Shown here: piece by piece, positions 13,351 through 26,018 of the stretch
Layout of the letters: each line of letters begins with the position of its first letter
How positions within the stretch are numbered: the stretch's first letter is position 1
Source: Malacoraja senta
Lineage: Eukaryota
Direction of reading: 5' to 3'
Assembly (NCBI GenBank): GCA_038087875.1
Contig: CM075979.1
Span: 7,688,001-7,752,000, forward strand
DNA: 64,000 nucleotides
Notes under the pieces: model-generated
Seen by the model: the letters and a program-made list of their open reading frames with translations, nothing else
What the model was told of the DNA's origin: nothing
Database searches by the model: none
Translations under genes and position numbers: made by a program

Positions 13351-14844
13351 CCGGACAGGGATGGCGGGTGGGTGTCCCGGTTGCTTGCCAAGCCGGGCAA
13401 AATGGCATGGCTTTTAGGTTGCCCGGCGGGACTGTAAGTTGCCATTGGCACCCAGGCAACCGCTTATTTCGAACCCTGCATGTGTCTTTCATCAACGTCT
13501 TCAGCATCGTCTTGATTGGCCGTCCTAGGTCAGGTCTGTAGGTTCCCACAGAACAACTTTGTTTGCTGGCATTTCTGGGTGGCGGTGGCAGTGACCAGCA
13601 AGCCTCATCCTTCTCGACCTTATCTTCTTGGTCAGAGGTGGATTTTTCCCATAGAGCAGGGTGTTGGTGATGTGGTCCCTCCAACTGACATTTTGAATTT
13701 TACTGAGCATTCGGGTGAAGGTACCATCGAGAGACTTGGACAGTGCTCGAGTGAGAGTCCATGCCTCACACCCGTACAATAATATGGCCTCTACAATTGC
13801 ATGGAAGAATCTCAGTTTGAGACCTTTAGACATCCGAGACGTCCAGATTTTCCCCATGTTATTGAGGGCTTACATGCGAGCGCTTTCCGGACCTTGATGT
13901 CATTCTCCAAGCTCTGCATCCTCGCTCCCAGGAACTTGAAGTCCTCCACTTTTTTGAGAGATGCATCGCCACTGGTCTTGAGAGGCTCATGGTCACCAAC
14001 GTTGTATGCCATGTACTCCGTCTTCTTGGCATTGAGGTGGAGGCCCACTTTCCTGCACTCCGTCTCGACCCTGCCGAGCAGCTCCTGTGACTCCCTAATC
14101 TGGTCTGACAGCAGGACGATGTCATCAGAGAAGTCGATGTCTGTCAAGTTGACTTCTCGAACGCCTTTGAGTGATTGTGAAACCGAAGTCCTCGTGTTCC
14201 TTGAGCGCCTGCCTCACGGCATAATCAAGGACAATGACGAAGAGAAAGGGTGCCAGCGTGTCTCCCTGTAAGACCCCCGCGAGGATCTTGAACACGTTTG
14301 GTGCTGGCCAGGTGCATAACACCGAACCCCCATGAATTATTATGGACCATAGGGGACATGAGCATACAGGTAAATGGACTCAAGAAACTACGGATTTGAT
14401 TGCAAGGGTAACAACCTAGAGGGCGGGTTTGGTGGGGAGGGGTGAGTGAACCAAGGAGTTCCAGAGGGAGTGGTCTGGGATGGGGATGGGAAGATGTGAC
14501 TGGTGGTGGGATCACGTTGAAATTTCCACCACCCTGGCAGCCCTTCAGGTGATGGCTGCAAAAAGTGTGCAAGGAACATGCGCCATATCTAATATGACAG
14601 ATGTTTACAAATGACTTCGTGTTTTTGTTTATATTGAAGCCAGCCAGTTATTTGTGACTGTTTTAGGTTTAACCCCTTGGTCTCTGCAGTGTGTAGAACA
14701 GGCACGTGTCATGAGTAATTACTCAGGGTAGGCAGTCAGTCGGCTTTAAAAAAATCTTAAACCGCGCATGCGCAGATTGTTCTCTCCGTAAGCTGTCAGT
14801 CGACTTTTATAAAGTCTTCAAAAGCCAAGTCTCTTAATAAACTA

Positions 14845-16056
14845 CCGTATTTCCCACCAATGAAGACGCACCCCCATTTTGAGTTGCTAAATTTTGAAAG
14901 AAGGCTGGTGGGACATAGAATTTCTCATGCTCAAAAAAATAAAAAGAAAGGAAGCAATTTCCCCAAGGCTTCCCCAAGGGGGGGGGGGGGAGGGGGGCGT
15001 GGAGGGTGACAGCAGGTGGAGAGATGGTGCGAAAAACGGGAGCACACCGGGACAAGTTGAATCAGTTGTGATCTTATGAATGACAATACTAGTTCAAGGG
15101 ACCAATTGGGGGGAGAGTTCCTTTCACAGCGTGTGGGGAGTCTGGCCAGGGGTAAAGTTGCGGGGAGGACAGGAGCATTGAGAAGGAGGGGGTCGGGGAT
15201 CATGCTAGTAACTCACTCACTGCTGCCGCGGCGCTCCGGGCACGGAGCCACCACATTGTGGCTGGGGAGGAAAGCAGCTTGGGTGGCTGCGAGTGGCCGC
15301 CGGGACTGGACAGCAGAACTGACCGCCACCTCAGCGCGATCTGCTGGCCCGCTCACCTCTGGCAGTGCTCTCCATCTGAACATCTCACCTGCCGGTTGAC
15401 GGCTTCGCTCATGTCAGCCGCTTCCCGCAAATCCTCAAATTCCGACAGCCGAGTAACCTTAATTGGTCCCTTGATCGCGCTGTCGGAATTTAAGGATTTG
15501 CGGGAAGCGGCTGACATGAGTGAGGCCGGCGAGCGGCAGGAGAGAGGTTTTCAGACGGAGAGCACTGCCAGAGGTGAGCGGGGGCCGGCAGAAGGAGCTG
15601 AGGTGGTGGCCGGTTCCGCTCTCTGGTCCCAGCGGCCGCTCAAAGCCACCCGAGCTACTTCTCCCCCCGGCCACAATGCGGTGGCTCCGTGCCCAGAGCG
15701 TCGCGGCAAGTGAGTTGCTGGCATGATCCCCGACCCCCTTCTTCTCAACGCTCCTGCCCTCCCCGCAACTTTACCCCGGGCCAGACTCCCCACACGCTGT
15801 GAAAGGAACTCTTTCCCCCCCCCCCCCCCAGCGGCGCTGTTCTTTTACAGCCGCTTCCCTTCAGCTGCCAGCAATGAGGGATAGACTTGGCTATCCCTCA
15901 GTGCAGCAACATCCTTCTTGATGTTGCTGTACTGAGGGATAGCCAAGTCTATCTTTCTTGGCTAACAACCTTCCAACTTCGGCTTCCAAGCCACATGTAA
16001 ATTTCCGTGCCTTATTTTTGGGTAAAAAATAGTGTCTTCATTGCCGGGAAATACGG
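14845..16056. mobile_element. Tc1/mariner-type non-autonomous element with a large internal palindrome
   Basis: TA|CCGTATTTCCC..AATGAAGAC and GTCTTCATT..GGGAAATACGG|TA TIRs with TA TSD; 15110-15455 is the inverse of 15478-15812. Confidence 0.85.
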
Positions 16057-17301
16057 TATTTAAAAACCTATAGCACCAAGAAATTTACTTACCACATTAT
16101 TGGTACACGAACTCCATTCTTCTCTCTTTGTTTCCTAAGAAACTCTTAAGATAATGGCAATCCATGTTCGAAAAACTCGCCAAGAAACTTGCGCTGCGCG
16201 TGCGCAGTACTGCAAAGGCAGAATTTCAGCTGCCTTCACCTCCCCTTGAAATTGGCGGCCTGAAGCAGCGTCGACGGCACATGAGCTGCACACACTTTCA
16301 CGTGTTGCAAGTACTGCGGATGAAAGGCACGGAGAATTATGCCTACCTAAAGAGATCGATCTGGCACGTGCCTGGTATAGAATTATAGAAAATTTATGAT
16401 GCAAAAGACGGCCATTTGGCTTATTACGCCCATTGAAAGAGCTGTCCAGCCTCATGCCGTAATTTGGCCCTGGTTTGCATATTCTTCAGGTAAACTTGCA
16501 AATTTTATAAGGTTTATAAATGTTTATGAGGAATTGGAGGATTTGGCTAGTTTGCTAAGTATTCACAAATTCTGTGATGGGTGCTTCTTAATGGGATGTA
16601 GGTTAACTTGTTGTTTGAGTGTCATATATATTTTGCCCAGCATTTTTGAGCTGTAGGATATTTCCTATAATGATGCTTAGATGCAATCTTTGTCTGATCA
16701 GTACCTAATCTGACATTCATTCCAAAGGGGAAATAAATTAGTACCAGATGAATAAAGGAAAATAAATGATAGTCAGTGACAATCTTCGCAGCATCTTGGA
16801 GGGATGTTGCAAACTGCCGTGCTTATGCTGGAAGTCTCCAGAGACACAATTTGTAATCAAAAGTATACCTAAGAATTTGGACTTAAAATGTAGGGTAAAC
16901 TGCGTATATAAAAAGAAATTAAGATTTTGCACTTTAAAAAAAATGTAGTTCTGACTACATAAACCTATAAAATACTTGAGCAGAACATGCAACTACATGC
17001 TAATCTTCATTACAGGGAGAAATCCTGGGAGTTTTGTTTGCTCATGGTGATGAAAATAACTTTTTGTATTTCGGGCAGTGCACGTGTCATATGTCTTAAG
17101 CATGCACGTGTCATATGTGAGGCCCAAATCTTTTGCAGTCATTTAAGGGTTCTTCCAATACTAATTTGGATAAGCTTTGGCTTTTCCTCAAAATAAACTA
17201 ATCTGAATGTGGAATATAAGGAAAGAAGAGACTTTTTATTTGTTGTTCATGCTGATAAACATCTATATTAATAATGATACAATTTATATTATTTTATACA
17301 G

Positions 17302-17410
17302 GGACCAGAGAAACAAGCTCAAATAACTGAAAGCATGGGAGATGTGACAGACATGGCAGACAATACTCAGGAAGATATTCCACCTTATCTTAGAGAAGAG
17401 CCTCCAGAAG
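17302..17410 (+). CDS. Probable internal coding exon: GPEKQAQITESMGDVTDMADNTQEDIPPYLREEPPE
   Basis: AT-rich acceptor ttattttatacAG, 109 nt open in phase 0, purine-rich exon-like composition, AAG|GTACTT donor; not a recognisable repeat. Confidence 0.55.
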
Positions 17411-18569
17411 GTACTTTTTAATTGCTGACTGAGAAATGTTGCATAATGCATTGTTTCACTGGAGCAATGGAGAAAATAATGGCCAATGTTGGTGCATATT
17501 TTAATTTAAACCTTTATGTGGCAGCGCAGATTAAATTTTGTAGCAAGACAATCTTGTTACCATGTTGTTACGAGTAATAGCAATAATTAAGATGACCTCA
17601 ATTGTCTCTATACAATATAGAAATGGTCTGTCTTGCAATAAAACAGTTTTTGTAATATTTGTAGGAATGCAATTGTATAAGTAAGCAATATTTTTTGGCA
17701 GGGAAAATTAACATTGAAAGAAGCATAAGAGAATTATTTTTGCAAAATTAGATTTATTTTATTCATGACTATTAGTTTTTGGGATCCAACTGTTGTCACA
17801 CTCGCCTTTGAGGTGGTGATGAGCTATTGCCTTGAAGAGGTACAGTCCATGTGGTGAAGGTGCTCCCACAATGTTGTTGGCAGCAAGTTTAGGGTTTTAG
17901 ACACAGTGACAATGAGTGATTGGCAATATATTTCCAAGGCAGGAAGATGTACAACATGGCCCTTCTTTACAATATTCTGATTTCTAATAGCTGAGAGATC
18001 GTGAGGGTTTAGGTTAATTATTGCAACATACTCCGAGGTACAGTGAAAAGCTTTGATTTGCATGTGGTGCAGTTGAATCTGAATAAACTATACATAACTA
18101 CAATCGAGCCAAACTCGTGTACAACGGGCAAAGCAAAGGGAAAGATACAAAATGCAGAATATCATTATTAGCATTGTAGCACAGCAGTTCCTGAGACAAT
18201 GTACAATGTCCAAAGCAGCTGTTCCTAAATCCGACGGTGCGCACTTTCAAGTTTCTGAATCTGACTGCCCGATGGAACGAGGAGAAGAAGGAATGACCAG
18301 GGTGGAACAGGTCAAGGATTCAGAGAAAATTGAATGTGAATGTTTAGCATTGTTATGAACGGACTCAAATCCACAGAAACCCATCTTTTGGTTGAGGGGA
18401 AAGGAAACTTGCTCAGAGTTGATTGGTCCCAAGTTCAGCTCTGATCTCCAAAGACAATTCAGAAAAGAGTTGGCGATTTTTAGCAGCGATATGACAAATC
18501 TGAAGGTTTCAGCCCGAAACGTTGCCTATTTCCTTCGCTCCATAGATGCTGCCTCACCCGCTGAGTATC

Positions 18570-20770
18570 CAGGGCTCTCACTTAACATTTTTTCCCTGTT
18601 GCCAGCCGGGCAACCTTGGCAGCTTTTTAGGTTGCCAAATGACAGTTTAAGTGGTCATTTAAGATGGCTTGCATGACGCGTGTGATAATGTGCTCGGACG
18701 AAGTGCGTAGTTACCAGTCGGAATTATACTCAATGAAGCATTCACATATTATTTCTGCTTCAAATAAAGTCACAAACTAAACATATTCACCAATCAAGAC
18801 ATGATATATCCCACAATGACATGCAGCAAAATTATAAGACAGTATCTCAACTCTTTTTACACTTTGCAATTAATGCAATTTCTATTAGTTCTTTCCACTT
18901 CCAAACAAAAATGTGGTTGCATTATTCAGCGTATGATCAACCTGTGTCAATAAATCCTGGACCATGGTAACATATATGCGTATGTATAGTTGTGAATGTT
19001 GCTCATTAAATAACTACAGTACTGATACTCCATATTAAGAGCGTTGATTTGCCATTAAAATGAATTCTGTAATAACGTGTCAACGGCAGCAGTGACAATC
19101 GAACACTGCGGTTTTAATGTTTCACGTGTTCACAATTTAATTAATCCATCTTTATGGATTAAAACAAATAATAACATTTGGAATTAAAACACATTTGATT
19201 GCATTCCGTTATCAAACATAGTCAATGTTCGCTCTGAAGACATTTCCAGCACAATAGGGTCAGGGAGGGGGGTGTGTGTGAATCAGTGCGTGGTGGATAG
19301 ATGGCGGGGTTGGGGGGGGGGGGGTTAGAAGGCAGTCGGTGCAGAATGGATGGATTGAGGCAGGTGAATTAGTACGTGATGGTTGGAGTAGGTAAAATTG
19401 TGAGGGGAGAGCACCGGGGATGTCAGTGGTGTTGAATGGGGGGGGTGGGGTTCAGTACAGGATGGATGGGGGTAGACAAAAGTGCTGGAGAAACTCAGCG
19501 GGTGAGGCAGCATCTATGGAGCGAAGGAAATAGGCAACGTTTCGGGTCGAGACCCTTCTTCAGACTATTCCCCCCATTCTTAAATGGGAGGATCAGTACA
19601 GGATGGATGGGGGGGGTGATCAGCGCAGGATGAATGGGGGGGTCAGTGCAGTGTGGATCGGAGGGTCTGCAGGATGAATGGGGGATCACTACAGGATGAA
19701 TGAGGGGAAGGTGCAGGGTAAATGGAGGGTGGGTCAGTATGGGATGAATGCGTGGATTAGTACAGGATGGATGGGGGATCAGTACAGGATGGATGGAGGA
19801 GAAGTGCAGGATGGATGGGAAAGGGGTAAGTACAGGGTGAATTGGGGAACCAGTGATGGATGGGGGGGGTGGCAGGAGAATCAATGCGAGGTGGATAGGG
19901 TGATCAGCGCAGGATGAATAGATGGGGAGGGGAGCACAGGGGATGTCAGTGAGGACTGAATAGAGGTGGGAATGGGGATCAGTGCGGGATGGAGTGGAGG
20001 GGTCCCAGGATAAGGGGGTGGAGGGGGCGTACAAGAGAGAGAGAGAGGGAGAGGGAGAGGGGGGGCGAGGTGGGGAGGAAGGAAGGTCAGCGCTCCTCGG
20101 ACAACATCGCCCCGCTGCCTTGGCCGTTGGGAACTCCTCGCCACCGCCTCCCGCCTCCGCCAGCCAACAGCAAGGTGCGGGGCCGGGCGGTGCAGCTCAG
20201 AGATCCTATAGCTATAAGATCAGACGAGTCAGAGCGAATGACGGGCCCCGAGCAGCAGCAGCAGCAGCAGCAGCGGCTGCGACAGCAGCTCCATCTCCTC
20301 CTCCTCCCGTCCACCCTGATAAGGGCCTCTGCTTGTAAATCCGGTAACGGTGGAAAACAAACCCTCCCGCACGCCGAGGCCTCCCCCTCCCTCCCTCCTT
20401 CCTCCCGGCCTCGGAGTGCGGGAGGGTTTGTTTTGAAAGCGCGGTTAGCGGATTTACAAGCAGAGGCCCTTATCAGGGCGGGCAGGAGATGGAGGAGATG
20501 GAGCTGCTGTTCGCGGCCGCTGCTGCTGCTGTTCGGGGCTCGTCATTCGCTCCGACCCTTCCTCACCCCGCACCTAGTATCTTTGCCCCGCATCACAGCC
20601 GCCGCCGACACGAAACGTCGCGTTCCTTTTCTCCAGAGATTGCTGCCTGACCCGCGGAGTTACTCCAGTTTTTTGTGTCTACCTTCGGTACAAACCAGTA
20701 TCTGGTTGCCAAGCCGGGCAAAATGACTCGGTGTCAGTGGCACCCGGGCAACCGCTAATTTCGAGCCCTG
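18570..20770. mobile_element. Non-autonomous TIR DNA transposon, 5-bp TSD GTATC; copy 2
   Basis: CAGGGCTC..GAGCCCTG termini; GTATC at 18565-18569 and 20771-20775; splits a Penelope-derived tail (gctgagtatc|..|gtatctccagcattttt). Confidence 0.88.
19536..19563 (-). ncRNA. Hammerhead-like core in a Penelope-derived tail
   Basis: Minus strand CTGAAGAAGGGTCTCGACCCGAAACGTT. Confidence 0.45.
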
Positions 20771-21259
20771 GTATCTCCAGCATTTTTGTCTACCTTCCAG
20801 ATAAATCCACATGTCTTTCATAATTTAATACTTTGCACTCTTGCCTTCAGCTTCTTTATCGAGCCTCACAGCAAATTCATTCTTGCCCCATATATTGATA
20901 TTAGCAGCTGATGATTTCAGAAATTGTCAGATCATAGTGTTGGTGAATCGTAAAGGAGAAGTCAGCTTCTCGACCACAGCTGAAAAATGTGCTCTCCAAG
21001 CTGGTCTTATTCATATAAATTGCATTCTTGCATTTGGAATATTACACTATTAGATTTTGTAAGGCTTTATTTCCTTTCACAACTCTTGCTTTTTATCAAA
21101 GTGAACCATGTTCCTCAAGACCATGTTAGGTTTACAGTTGAGGTCATGAGAACGTTGGGGCTGAAATACCACTTGTTTTGTACCTTCTATCTTGAAGTTA
21201 GAGCCCTCCCCCCCCCTCCCCAACAGTATCCTCAGAACCGGGGAGCAGCAAGCAAGTGT

Positions 21260-22140
21260 TCGCAGACATCATTACCTCTCCCTATGCCGATTGTGTTTCC
21301 CAACTGTTTTAAGAAGACCACTCATTCTGGTGCCAAGGAAAAACAAGATAGCGTGACTTAATGACCACCATCCCATGGCTCTGATATCCATCATCATTAA
21401 TTGCTTCGAGAGGCTGGCCATGGCACACACCATTTCTAACCTCCCATGCAGCCTAGATCCACTGCAATGCCTACTTCTGAATCAGATCCATGGCGGGTGC
21501 CATTTCCCTGGCCTTGCACTCATCCTGGAACATGCAGATAACAAGGACAACTGTGTCAAACTCCTGTTTATTGACGAAAGCTTTACCATCTACACCATTA
21601 TCTGATCCTTGACATCCTGTTTTGTAGACAAAAATTTGTAACCATCCTTCATGATAATTAACAACACCTCATAATTATCATGCCCCTCAAGGCTGCATTC
21701 GCAGCCTTTTACTATACTCCTCATACATTTATGACTGCGCGGCCAAATTCTGTTCTAACTCCACTTACAAGTTTTTATATGACGCTGAAGCTGGACGGAT
21801 TTCAAACAATGGCGAGACAGAACACGCAGAAAAAATAGAGAACTTAATAGCTTGGTTTAAAGATAACAACCTCTCCCTAATGTCAGAAAAACCAAGGAGC
21901 GAGTCATTGACTTCAGGAAGTGGGGTGGAATAAATGCCCCAGTCGAGATCAATAGTGCTGGTTGAGATGCTTGAGATCTTCATGTTCCTAGGTGAAAATA
22001 TAACCAATAATTTTTTTCCAGATCTAACCTGATTGACGTTTTAAGTAAGAAATACACCAGTCAGTCTATGTCCTCAGAAGTCTAAGAAAATTTGGCATGT
22101 CTCCAATAACACTAACTTTTACAGATGCACCATAGAATCT
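21260..22140 (+). mobile_element. Decayed Rex1/Babar RT fragment
   Basis: CFERLAM, LDPLQ, VKLLFID remnants; cctcaaggctgc (PQGC); many stops and frameshifts. Confidence 0.75.
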
Positions 22141-23702
22141 TTTCATTGCTTCACACAACTTTTTCAACTGACAGAGGCCTGATCTAAATGTAAGCTGTGG
22201 TGAGGCTGATCTGCCACCTGTTATACATTCTAAGTACCAAAGCCATTTTATTTGCTCGACACTAACCTCGCCTATCTTGATTTATCACTTAAACTGCATA
22301 ATATACTCTGCAGTTTCAGTTAACGCTGTGTGTTCAAACAAAGCTGAGTTCACCTTCTATCTTCTTGCGGGTTTTGAGATTCCTAACACTTATTGTTGTG
22401 TGGTTGTAGATGTGCCTCTTACCATTTGCTGCCTGTTTTAGTTCTGTAATGTTGATGTAGAATACTATTAAACATTCAATATTGCAAATCGCATATGGTG
22501 AGATATTAATCCAAGCTGGCACAAGTGTCCTCAGACACCTAAGATTAAACTGCTATTAGAATGGAAGAGATCAACGGGTAGGCTGTGGTTATGTAGCCAT
22601 ATACAAATGGTATAGCGCCTCATAGAGTTATGCTGCAAAGAAACATCTTCTTTGTGGTAATTAATACTGACCCTGAACTAATCCCATTTGCCTCTGTTTG
22701 GCCCAAGTCCCTCTGAACCTTTCCTATCCATGTACCTGTCCAAATGGTGCTTTCAGTACTTTACACATTTTACATAGTTTTAGTTTGTATCACAAAAGAA
22801 TGATGCAAGGTGAAAAAAAAATGTTCTTGAAAAATAGTCAATTATAGTCAAATAGTCAATTACTCTGTAATGCTGGTTGTGGTCAGAAATACTCGTGCAT
22901 CCACTTTGCTGCCATTTCTACCTACTTCTCCATAGAATCTCCATGTCATATTTTGCAGTTAACTAATAAAAGCTTATCAAAATTTGAAACTTTCAATTTT
23001 GCTGCTGTACACTAAATGTACAGCAGATGACTCTGCATGCTTTAAAACATAGTTGCCTGTGAAAACATTGTATAGCCCGTTTGTAATATTTTCATGTGCA
23101 AGTCGTGCAAAGGTTTTGTGCTTGTTAGATTGCATTAATGATTATCTTCTGTTTGCTTTTGATCTTTGGGAAAATGGCATGGACAGTTCGAATCATGCTG
23201 TTCCCCACCTGGATTTGCAGCATTTCTCCCCTTCCCTCTCCAATTATATCTCTGGCTTTAATTTGCATCTGTTCTATCCTTATCTCACACTTTTTGTCTT
23301 TATATCTCTGGCCTTTGCCCGACCATCTGCCAATCAAAAAAAACCCTCACCTGTATCTACCTTTCACTTGCCAGGTTTGTCCCATCCCTGCTTCTCTTCC
23401 AGCTTTCTTCCCCACCCCACCAGTGATGGAAATGGGTTTAGGAACTAGGGGTAAGCTAAGGTCCGTGAGGCTGAGTTTGGGAAGGGGGGGGGGGGGGGGG
23501 GGGGGAGGTAGACGCTATGAGCCCCCCGTGATACATTTTTTTTAACATGGTAAATTTCAGGGCCATTTTGAGCCTATATGCACTGGGTATGATGATTACA
23601 TACACATTGTGTCAGTAACTCAGTCAAATAAAGATAGGTATAACAAATTTATGTTTTGGTAAAAAAAATTCAGATTATTCACAAATTTATTGAGAATAAT
23701 AA

Positions 23703-23910
23703 TAGTGTACAGTTTACAACTTTGCTTATCTTGCTATATGTACTATATACATACAATGATCAGCCAATAATAATAGTGTACAGTTTACAACTTCACAAAT
23801 CTTGCTATATGTCCTATATATATACAATGATCAGCCAATAATAAGTGTACAGTTTACAACTTTACAAATCTAGCTAAATGTAGTATATACGTACGATGAG
23901 CAGCCAATAT
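23703..23910. repeat. ~70-bp tandem repeat x3
   Basis: AGTGTACAGTTTACAACT at 23704, 23775 and 23844. Confidence 0.9.
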
Positions 23911-24070
23911 ATAAATGTAAGTACAATCTACATTTCTGAAATTTCTACTTATTTATTAATGAACAAACGCAACAATTAAGTGAATTACACTCCAGTTTAC
24001 ATTACAAAATGTTCCATAATGGTACATAATCTCCATTTTTTTCTGTCACCTCTTTCTTTCTGCATGCCGT

Positions 24071-25335
24071 TTATTTAGTATGCCTTCTGCCACTAAGAAG
24101 CCATGTCCTCACATATTCTTCGGGGTTGAATTTTGACAGAGGAGGTCCCACCAACTTAATAAATAAAATAAATGAGAGATGATCAGTTTGAAGTCTTGCA
24201 CGTTGTGGTGACATGCAGAAATTTATGCCACTGAAGCTTCTTTCACGTTTTGCTGTTGATACCGGAATTGTATTTACAGCCGTTAGCAGCTGCTGAAAAT
24301 CTGCAGAAACTACCTTCCCTTTAGATTCCTTGAATTCTCTGAAGGCTCTGATACAAAGCCGACCATTTAAGCCAAATTGTTCTGCCATTTCTTCTACATC
24401 ATTATTCCCAAAGGTAAAAAGTGAATCTTCTGGAATATTGTTAATATCTAAATATTTCGACTGGTTAATTAACTTTTTACATTTATCATTGGAAGCTGTT
24501 GTAGATTCAAGCAGCCTGGATTTCATATTATTGACCAAACTCCTCAAAAACTGTTGTCTATGTATAGTAGGTACTTTACCAGCTCTCAAATTTATTCCAT
24601 TAAATATCATCTGGCTTGTTGCTTTCTCCACTTGAGTATAACATTTTCCTGGCTTCTCTATTTGACATTCAAGAACCTTGATAGTTCGTTTAATTTTCTC
24701 ATGTGCTTTACTAAGTGCACAATGTTGGTTCTGCAGTTCAAGTGACAGTTCAGACAACTCTAACAAACTGTCCATCAACAAGCCCAAATTATTTACGAAA
24801 GCTGATGATTCTAATACTTTTTCCAGCCCCTCGTACTTTGCTCTCTCGGCACTAGATCTTGTAGCATCACAGCTTGTATGCTCCCAAATAGCTTTATAAG
24901 ACTGCCACATTGCCTTTACAGTTCGGTAATACGAAGCAACCCATCTCACACTGAAAACACAACCAATTTTCAACAGTTGACAGTGAAGAGCCTCAGCGCA
25001 TGCAGTTAACTCATCCTGATTCTTAGGAGACCTATGATATAAGGAATACAATTCATCACAAAATATCTGAAATTGATTCAAACCTGCAACTTCATTTATA
25101 GCATCACCTACACTGAGTTCAAGCCTGTGACTGGCACAGTGCCAAACAGTTGCATTAGGGAAATCATCAAGAAATAGTTTTGCAACGGCTGCACTTTGTC
25201 CTAACATTACTGATGCACCATCAGTTACAAGTGATATGACATTTTCGTTTAGGTACTGTATTGAAAAAACACCTCTTTGTAAGCAACTTAGAAGCCCATC
25301 ATATATAGATTTTGCATTTGCACCATTTATAAACC
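24071..25335 (-). CDS. hAT transposase, KIAA1586/ZNF862-like, N-terminally truncated (~420 aa open)
   Basis: TDGASVMLG (catalytic D), CASHRLEL (CxxH), RW motif, C-terminal dimerisation region TIPVSTAKRERSFS. Confidence 0.85.
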
Positions 25336-25909
25336 TCACTATCTCCATCGCAGGTGATAGACTACTGACTGACATCCACTATAAACCCACTGACTCCCAT
25401 GGCTATCTGGATTACACTTCTTCCCACCCTGCTTCCTGTAAGGACTCCATCCCCTACTCCCAATTCCTCCGTGTACGCCGCATCTGCACCCAGGATGAGG
25501 TGTTCCACACCAGGGCATCGGAGATGTCCTCATTCTTCAGGGAACGGGAGTTCCCCTCTTCTACTATAGATGAGGCTGTCACCAGGGTCTCTTCTACACC
25601 CCGTAAATCTGCTCTCATTCCCCATCCCCCAACTCGTAACAAGGGCAGAGTCCCCCTTGTCCTCACCTTCCACCCTACCAGCCGTCACATACAACAAATA
25701 ATCCTCCAACATTTTCGCCACCTCCAACGGGATCCCACCACTGGCCACATCTTCCCATCTCCTCCCCTGTCTGCTTTCAGCAGAGACCGTTCCCTCCGTA
25801 ACTCCCTGGTCAATTCGTCCCTTCACACCCAAACCACCCCTTCTCATGGTACTTTCCCTTGCAACCGCAGGAAATGCTACACTTGTCGCTTTACCTCCCC
25901 CCTTGACTC

Positions 25910-26018
25910 ATAGAAACATAGAAAATAGGTGCAGGAGAAGGCCATTCGGTCCTTCGAGCCAGCATCGCCATTCATTGTGATCATGTCTGATCGGCCCCAA
26001 TCAATAACCCGTGCCTTC
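25910..26018 (-). mobile_element. ~110-bp CR1 3' tail inserted in the Penelope element
   Basis: atagaaacatagaaaataggtgcagg.. tail interrupts the Penelope frame at PLDS. Confidence 0.85.

Larger units (their letters stand above)
11212..13478. mobile_element. Non-autonomous TIR DNA transposon (hAT-like ends), 5-bp TSD CATGT; copy 1
   Basis: Ends CAGGGCTC.. / ..GAACCCTG; CATGT at 11207-11211 and 13479-13483; first ~370 bp nearly identical to 18570-18943. Confidence 0.85.
11040..14310 (-). mobile_element. RTE-clade LINE fragment split by a DNA transposon insertion
   Basis: GVLQGDTLAPFLFVIVLD, DIDFSDDIVL, EAILLYGCEAWT, RRMRLAGHCHRH, GRP motifs (13479-14310); the sequence continues across the insertion into 11040-11211. 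Confidence 0.85.
23421..25335 (-). mobile_element. hAT DNA transposon remnant (3' half and probable end); 5' half missing
   Basis: Transposase ORF, subterminal ~70-bp tandem repeats, possible CAGTG terminus at 23421 (boundary uncertain). Confidence 0.8.

Noticed and set aside
13076-13684. 202-aa minus-strand ORF
   Set aside because: Chance fusion of RTE sequence, a transposon end and the 19-bp tandem array
19989-20726. 245-aa ORF with poly-Q
   Set aside because: Arises from GC-rich palindromic and simple repeats inside a non-autonomous transposon; no domain or splice support
23703-23910. Regularly spaced repeats (CRISPR-like spacing)
   Set aside because: Whole units are repeated with no unique spacers, no cas genes are present, and the context is eukaryotic
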